DNA of 64,000 nt from an uncultured Chitinophagaceae bacterium (GTDB taxonomy: Bacteria; Bacteroidota; Bacteroidia; Chitinophagales; Chitinophagaceae): positions 12,722 through 76,721 of the forward strand of contig CALMYJ010000004.1 in NCBI GenBank assembly GCA_937873715.1, read 5' to 3'. This document shows positions 57,010 through 64,000 of the stretch, piece by piece. How positions within the stretch are numbered: position 1 is the stretch's first letter; each line of letters opens with the position of its first letter. Below the pieces are notes generated by a model. It had not been told where the DNA came from. It saw only the letters and a list, made by a program, of their open reading frames with translations, and searched no databases. The position numbers and the translations under genes are program-made.

Positions 57010-57894
57010 ATGCAGTTGCAACAGGTGCCTAAGGTGGAACATATTGCCCCGGATGAATTTAAGAGGGAGTATTACAACAATAACAGGCCACTGGTAATTA
57101 CGGGACTGGCAAAGCAATGGCCTGCCTACGATAAATGGGATTGGGATTATTTTACCAGTGTGGTTGGCCACAAAGAAGTAGGGGTATATAATAACGTTAA
57201 AAGCGATGCCTATACACCCATCAATACCGCTGATGCCTATATGAAATTTGGCGACTACCTGCAGCAGGTAAAAAACGGCCCGCTTGAACTCAGGATTTTT
57301 CTGTTTAATATATTTCAACATGCACCCCAACTGGTACAGGATTTTACCTGGCCGGATGAATTAATGAGCGGATTTGTAAAAAAATTTCCGATGCTGTTTG
57401 TTGGAGGGGAGGGGTCTATTACACACATGCATTTTGATATAGACCTGAGCCATATTTTACACACCCAGTTTATGGGTAAAAAAAGGGTTTTGCTATTTCC
57501 ATATAGTGAGCAATACAAATTATACCGAAAGCCCTGGGAGGTATTGAGCCTGGCTAATTTTGCCAATTATTATGAAAAATTTGATTACGATAATTTTCCA
57601 GCCACAAGGCTTGCCCGGGGTTACGAAGTAGTGCTGGAGCATGGCGACACCTTATTTATGCCGGCCGGTTACTGGCACCATATGGAGTATATAAACAGTG
57701 GTTTTGCTATGAGTCTTCGGGCTATGCAAAACAATTTTGGTGGTAAACTGCACGGCGTTTGGAATTTATTTGGTATGCGTGGCATAGATACGGTGATGAA
57801 AAAAACTGCTCCAAAATGGTGGTATGAGCGAAAGCGTGAAAAAATTTTCAATTTTGCAGATGCAGAGTTGAAAAAAGCCACTCATGCAGGCTAA
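57010..57894 (+). CDS. Cupin-like JmjC (Fe/2-OG) domain protein
   Basis: RPLVITG.A..WPA..KW, HMHFD (HxD), GDTLFMPAGYWHH; TAttTTTG promoter at 56983-56990. Confidence 0.9.
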   Translation: MQLQQVPKVEHIAPDEFKREYYNNNRPLVITGLAKQWPAYDKWDWDYFTSVVGHKEVGVYNNVKSDAYTPINTADAYMKFGDYLQQVKNGPLELRIFLFNIFQHAPQLVQDFTWPDELMSGFVKKFPMLFVGGEGSITHMHFDIDLSHILHTQFMGKKRVLLFPYSEQYKLYRKPWEVLSLANFANYYEKFDYDNFPATRLARGYEVVLEHGDTLFMPAGYWHHMEYINSGFAMSLRAMQNNFGGKLHGVWNLFGMRGIDTVMKKTAPKWWYERKREKIFNFADAELKKATHAG

Positions 57895-58121
57895 AAATTT
57901 TTTATATTAATTCCAAAAATATACTACTTTTACAATCTTCATTTAGACTTTTGGTCTTTCCTAATATTGTTGAAAACCCCATAGCACCATCCAGTTTTCC
58001 TTTGTACACCTGCTTTTTGGTATGTCGTGTGCCCTTATACCAGTTATTTTAGTATTGAATAGATAATTAATAATACTGCTGTAGCATAAAGATTTTTTCT
58101 TGTGGTTTCAGAGGTAAGCAA

Positions 58122-58155
58122 GGCCGGAGATTTTTATCTCTGGCCAACTTTTTTT
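58122..58155 (+). terminator. Rho-independent terminator
   Basis: ggccggagat-tttt-atctctggcc followed by aac and a T run. Confidence 0.7.
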
Positions 58156-58206
58156 AAGAAGGTACAGTTGCATTACGTAGCTGTAACCTGGTAATGTAAA
58201 TGTTGT

Positions 58207-58866
58207 TTATGCTATTGCTTCACGCAAAAAATCAATCATGGGTTTCATGGCGTTAAAAGTATTGAGGCTTTCTTTAAGGAGTGTTTTTGAAACCATTATT
58301 TCGTCTGTAAAATTGCGGCTTACAATAAAGCTTTTCATTTTCAGGTATTCAATGGCAGGGTTGTTGGCTTCATAGCCTTTGGGTGGCCGGCTCAGGGTTT
58401 CTATACCATCTACAGTTGTAAAATATTTTTTGAAATTTTTATTGGATATAATGCTTTTCCAGGCTTCGAAATTGTAATCAATTTCCTGCCGCACTTTGGC
58501 AAGCATCGCTGCTTCGGGTACATACAGGCCACCAGCGATAAAACTTTTCCCGGGTTCCAGGTGAATGTAATAACCTGGGGTATTTTCTTTTTTACCGCCT
58601 GGATTAATATAGGCGCCCATATTGGTTTTGTAGGGGCTTTTATCTTTACTGAAGCGGATATCCCTGTTGATTCTGAAAATGCAGCTTTTTGCCAGCAGGC
58701 CGTTTACTTCCACATCAAATTGGCTGATGCCATTAATAAGTTGTTGTACAAAAGCAATAAAGTCGGTTTTGGCGGCTTCGTAATTTTTGCGGTTGGCATC
58801 AAACCAGGCTTTATTGTTGTTTTGCTTTAAGGCTTTCAGAAATTTAAGTGTGGTGTGTTGCAACAT
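58207..58866 (-). CDS. DUF2461 (TIGR02453) family protein
   Basis: FLKALKQNNNKAWF, IFRINRDIRFSKDKSPYK, GYYIHLEPG, PPKGY. Confidence 0.9.
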   Translation of the reverse strand: MLQHTTLKFLKALKQNNNKAWFDANRKNYEAAKTDFIAFVQQLINGISQFDVEVNGLLAKSCIFRINRDIRFSKDKSPYKTNMGAYINPGGKKENTPGYYIHLEPGKSFIAGGLYVPEAAMLAKVRQEIDYNFEAWKSIISNKNFKKYFTTVDGIETLSRPPKGYEANNPAIEYLKMKSFIVSRNFTDEIMVSKTLLKESLNTFNAMKPMIDFLREAIA

Positions 58867-58997
58867 GGGTGTTAATTGTGGTAAAGCAATTTAGGTCAAA
58901 CTTTATCATACGGGCTACTGTTTTTGTATAAATGCTCAATTTGTACACCGGGTTAGGCCAATTAGTTGTATTAATCAATATACACAGGTATAATGCG

Positions 58998-60119
58998 CTA
59001 TTCGGATATTGTGTGGTAAATATGTAGAACGCTTTTGCCGTTTTTGAGGGTGATGCTGGTAAAGCCAGCGCCAATGGCTGGCGAAGCATTGTGAAAGAGT
59101 ACCAGGTATTCGTCGTTAATCAGATAGTCGGTAAAAAAATCCGGGCCTGTACCCGTTACTATATTCCAGGTTTCGTTGCCTTCTTTATCAATAAGGGTTA
59201 CAGCCATTTTTGAATGGCTGCCCCGCTTTTGCTGGTGTATAATAATTCTTTCGCCTTGTTGGCCATGCCAGGCAGTAGCGCCAAATTTATTATTTAAAAA
59301 ACCGCCAGCCTGGTACGCATTTTTCTTGGTTACAGGGCTTTGCTTTTTATCCAGCCCATTTGCTGTTTTATCAATAGGCATGATAGTGATGCGCCTTGCT
59401 TCGGGATTGCCGGCATCAATAGCAGCGCCATAATACCTGGCAACCTGGCCAACTTCTTTATCGCTGCCCAAAATATAGAGTTTGTTTGCTATTGTATCAA
59501 CATTAGATAAGGCGTATTTTAAAGCGTAGTGGTTGTTTACTTTATACTCGGCGGCAAACTCGTAGAGGAATTCTTCGGGTGCTGGGTCGTTAATACCAGC
59601 ATCTTCCTGTAGCTGCATATTAGCCGGGTATAGCCGATAAGCGTTGCCGTTAGCGGCAGTAATAAAGAGCACCTGTGCACCCTCGTCCATCAGGTATGCA
59701 TTGGGGTAGCTGGCAAAATTGTTTGCCATAAAAGTGTTGTTTTCGATGATGGCTGCTTCGGTTATTACCGGCTTAAGCGTTATCATATCATAGGCTACAA
59801 GGCTGTCGCCTAATATCCAGATGGTATTCTTTAGGCTACCGATAATTTTTTCGTGGTTGGCTGGCTCCTGCCCGGAAAATAGTAGTTGCTTTTTTAGTAA
59901 GGTGGCAGTTGCCGCATCATGCAGTTGCAGGTAACAGGTAAAGCTGTTTTGATTTTTTTCTTGTGCTACATATAGTATACCAGTTCCAGGGTTTGTGGTT
60001 ACCAAATAAGCCGGCCCGGTTTTTTGTATTGTGGGTTTGGCCTGTGCATTGCTTTGCATTGCAGGGATTAAATGGAGTGAGGTAAAAATTGCAGTAAGAA
60101 AATATTTGTATCGTGGCAT
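58998..60119 (-). CDS. Secreted hypothetical protein (propeller-like; paralogue of the upstream gene)
   Basis: Signal peptide; shares IW..VAYD...E..I..N and A.NG..Y.L motifs with 60128-61264. Confidence 0.7.
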   Translation of the reverse strand: MPRYKYFLTAIFTSLHLIPAMQSNAQAKPTIQKTGPAYLVTTNPGTGILYVAQEKNQNSFTCYLQLHDAATATLLKKQLLFSGQEPANHEKIIGSLKNTIWILGDSLVAYDMITLKPVITEAAIIENNTFMANNFASYPNAYLMDEGAQVLFITAANGNAYRLYPANMQLQEDAGINDPAPEEFLYEFAAEYKVNNHYALKYALSNVDTIANKLYILGSDKEVGQVARYYGAAIDAGNPEARRITIMPIDKTANGLDKKQSPVTKKNAYQAGGFLNNKFGATAWHGQQGERIIIHQQKRGSHSKMAVTLIDKEGNETWNIVTGTGPDFFTDYLINDEYLVLFHNASPAIGAGFTSITLKNGKSVLHIYHTISE

Positions 60120-60127
60120 GGCTTGAG

Positions 60128-61264
60128 TTAGTCTTGGAGTGAAGGATAAATGATTTGGCCGTTTTCAATGTTCACAATGCACAAGGCATCCCTGCCAATA
60201 GGTGGACTGAACATGTAATTTTTATTGGTGCTGATAACGCAGTATTTTTCTTTGAAAGTAAAATGGTCAATTGTAGTGCTCACGCTGGTTGCCGATTCCC
60301 AAATACTGTTTCCGTTTACATCAATACGTGTTAGTATTGCTTTTGATTTTTCTCCTGTTGTATCCTGGTGTATAACAAGCAGGCTGGCCGGGTTGGCGGG
60401 CTGTATTAATGTATTACTATACGTGTCTTTTGCCAGGCAGGGATTCAGCCATGTACGATTGCCCAATGCATGCACCCCGGTAATATTAAAAATATGGCTT
60501 GGGCCAGCCTTGTGCAGCATATAATCAACTTTAAAAAATTGGATGCGGTAGGCCGATTCATTCATGGTATTGTTGCCAGGCCTGCATTCGCTTGCGGCGG
60601 CTTCATTTTTTGCAAAAGCAAACATCATATTTGCAACCGTATCGCAGCGGGTGCCATACCGGCTGATTGTATTCGTATTGGCCCGGTACTCACTTTTACC
60701 AATACCTGCTGCCGGAGCAAGACTCAGGTTATTTAAATTTAGGGAGAACAATTTGCCATTAGTGGCAATAAAATCAATTCGGCCTTTTTCGATAGCCGGG
60801 TAAATTAGCCTGGCATCGTAAGGAAAGATTGATTTACTTATATTATTAAGCGCAGCAATTTTTTTTTCATTGGTTATTGTCTCAAGGCTGTTGGCATCAT
60901 AGGCAACCATACCGTTGGCATACAGCCATATTAAATTGTTGTAAATGCCATAGCAGCTAAGCCCTGTAATAGGCTCAGCCGGCGAAAACAGTTTTTTCTT
61001 ATTAATTAGTTTGCCGCTAACGAGGTTATACTGCTTTAGCCAGTATGTTGTGAGATAAGTTGTTTTTCTGAAACCCCCGTTTTCTGAATAGGTAGTAGCT
61101 GCGTTTTCGGCAACAATTACCGTTACAGTATTGTTGCCTGTATTAATAATAGGCATCTCTGCAACACTAAAATTAATAGCGTGCTGTTGGCAACTTTGCA
61201 ACCAGGTCAAAAATACGAAAGCCATCACCAGGCGTTTAATAGTACTGATACATTGTAACACCAT
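60128..61264 (-). CDS. Lipoprotein of unknown function (propeller-like, possibly PA2928-like)
   Basis: Lipobox LQSC; beta-rich; paralogous to the downstream gene. Confidence 0.7.
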   Translation of the reverse strand: MVLQCISTIKRLVMAFVFLTWLQSCQQHAINFSVAEMPIINTGNNTVTVIVAENAATTYSENGGFRKTTYLTTYWLKQYNLVSGKLINKKKLFSPAEPITGLSCYGIYNNLIWLYANGMVAYDANSLETITNEKKIAALNNISKSIFPYDARLIYPAIEKGRIDFIATNGKLFSLNLNNLSLAPAAGIGKSEYRANTNTISRYGTRCDTVANMMFAFAKNEAAASECRPGNNTMNESAYRIQFFKVDYMLHKAGPSHIFNITGVHALGNRTWLNPCLAKDTYSNTLIQPANPASLLVIHQDTTGEKSKAILTRIDVNGNSIWESATSVSTTIDHFTFKEKYCVISTNKNYMFSPPIGRDALCIVNIENGQIIYPSLQD

Positions 61265-61407
61265 AAAAACAAATAATAATGCTAAGGCTGCTTACAACGC
61301 CGGTATTGGTATACGGGGCCAATATCGGGCCGGGGCTAAATAGATTGATGTATGTACAACAACAATATGTTGAGCAGCCATTTTAGTGTTAATAAATTTT
61401 AGGTGAA

Positions 61408-61442
61408 TAAAAAAGGAACTGCTGCTGCGGTTCCTTTTTTTA
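61408..61442. terminator. Bidirectional-type terminator after the HNH gene
   Basis: aaaaaaggaactgc / gcggttcctttttt stem. Confidence 0.8.
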
Positions 61443-61464
61443 TACTGTTCATTGAAATCTTTTT

Positions 61465-62028
61465 TTATTTGATATGGCTCCAGTTTTCGCCACTTTTAAT
61501 GCGGTACAAAGTCATTTCACTAACCTTGTATTTGGCGGCCATTTGCTTGTAGGTTAGCTTTCTTTTGGGGTTATTGATTGCGTCTTTAATACTTTTTACT
61601 TTAGTGGCATTCAACTTTAAGCCTTCTGTTTTATTGGCCTGTCGTTTTTTGTAGGCTTTTTTCATTGGGCTGTTTTGCTGGTGGCTGCTCATTTCTTCCA
61701 GCGTAGCCCACTTAAGGTTGGTGCTGCGGTTGTCATCTTTTTTATGATTAAGATGAATAACGTATTTGTATTTGGGCGATGGTTTTTTGCAAAAAAGCTT
61801 TGCAATTTCCCGATGCAGGTAAATGGTACCGTTGCCACTTCCGGTGTGCAGGTTTAGGGTACGGTAGCCCGAAGTAACTGATCCGCTGAGCAGTTTGCCA
61901 TCTTCTGTAATATTTTCTTTAAATGAAGCTGCACGACCAAGGGAGGATACAGCATATTTTCTGCGAAGCCCTTTATGGGCGCCAAAGTTCAGGGGCTTCC
62001 ATGTTTCGCCGTTGATTTTTTTAAGCAT
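61465..62028 (-). CDS. NUMOD4-motif HNH endonuclease with C-terminal HTH
   Basis: ETWKP...YAVSSLGR (NUMOD4), YLHREIA..F, VIHLNHKKDDNRSTNLKWAT (HNH_3), YKVSEMTLYRIKSGENW. Confidence 0.85.
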   Translation of the reverse strand: MLKKINGETWKPLNFGAHKGLRRKYAVSSLGRAASFKENITEDGKLLSGSVTSGYRTLNLHTGSGNGTIYLHREIAKLFCKKPSPKYKYVIHLNHKKDDNRSTNLKWATLEEMSSHQQNSPMKKAYKKRQANKTEGLKLNATKVKSIKDAINNPKRKLTYKQMAAKYKVSEMTLYRIKSGENWSHIK

Positions 62029-62117
62029 ACCGTTTTAGTTTTAGGATGAGCAGAGCAAATTGGATGAGCACTGGTAATTTTTTGTGCCCGGTATAAATAT
62101 AAAAAATATTTCTGCTG

Positions 62118-64000
<1,883 letters not shown>

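Overview
A 64-kb chromosomal segment that looks like a Bacteroidota (Chitinophagaceae-like) genome, judged from SusC/SusD genes, a T9SS type-B C-terminal domain and TAnnTTTG promoters. In order it holds: housekeeping and metabolic genes (partial osmC, an SDR, DUF5916, lysS, fumarylacetoacetate hydrolase, flavin reductase, cystathionine gamma-synthase/lyase, asnB, acpH, a DHS-like gene); a beta-mannan utilisation locus (CE2, AraC, SusC/D, SGBP, GH26, Na+ symporter, GH130, cellobiose epimerase); two very large secreted proteins flanked by a stand-alone LytTR gene and a TPR-kinase/NarL pair; a phenylacetate cluster (paaABCD, paaG, paaI, paaE, TetR) with two interloper genes; tandem paralogues of unknown function; a NUMOD4-HNH gene; and partial ligA. 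No rRNA, tRNA, CRISPR array, integrase, transposase or reverse transcriptase was recognised. The most notable observations are: (i) an AT-rich four-helix-bundle (IVP/Avd-like) gene enclosed by 25-bp inverted repeats that supply the stop codons of both the upstream gene and itself; (ii) a 13-bp motif in four copies that links the CE2 esterase to the AraC mannan locus; (iii) PaaR-like operators overlapping both paa promoters; (iv) a T9SS type-B giant protein with no adjacent PorP, followed by a propeller-lipase with no recognisable sorting domain. All family calls come from motif recognition by eye, not from database searches.
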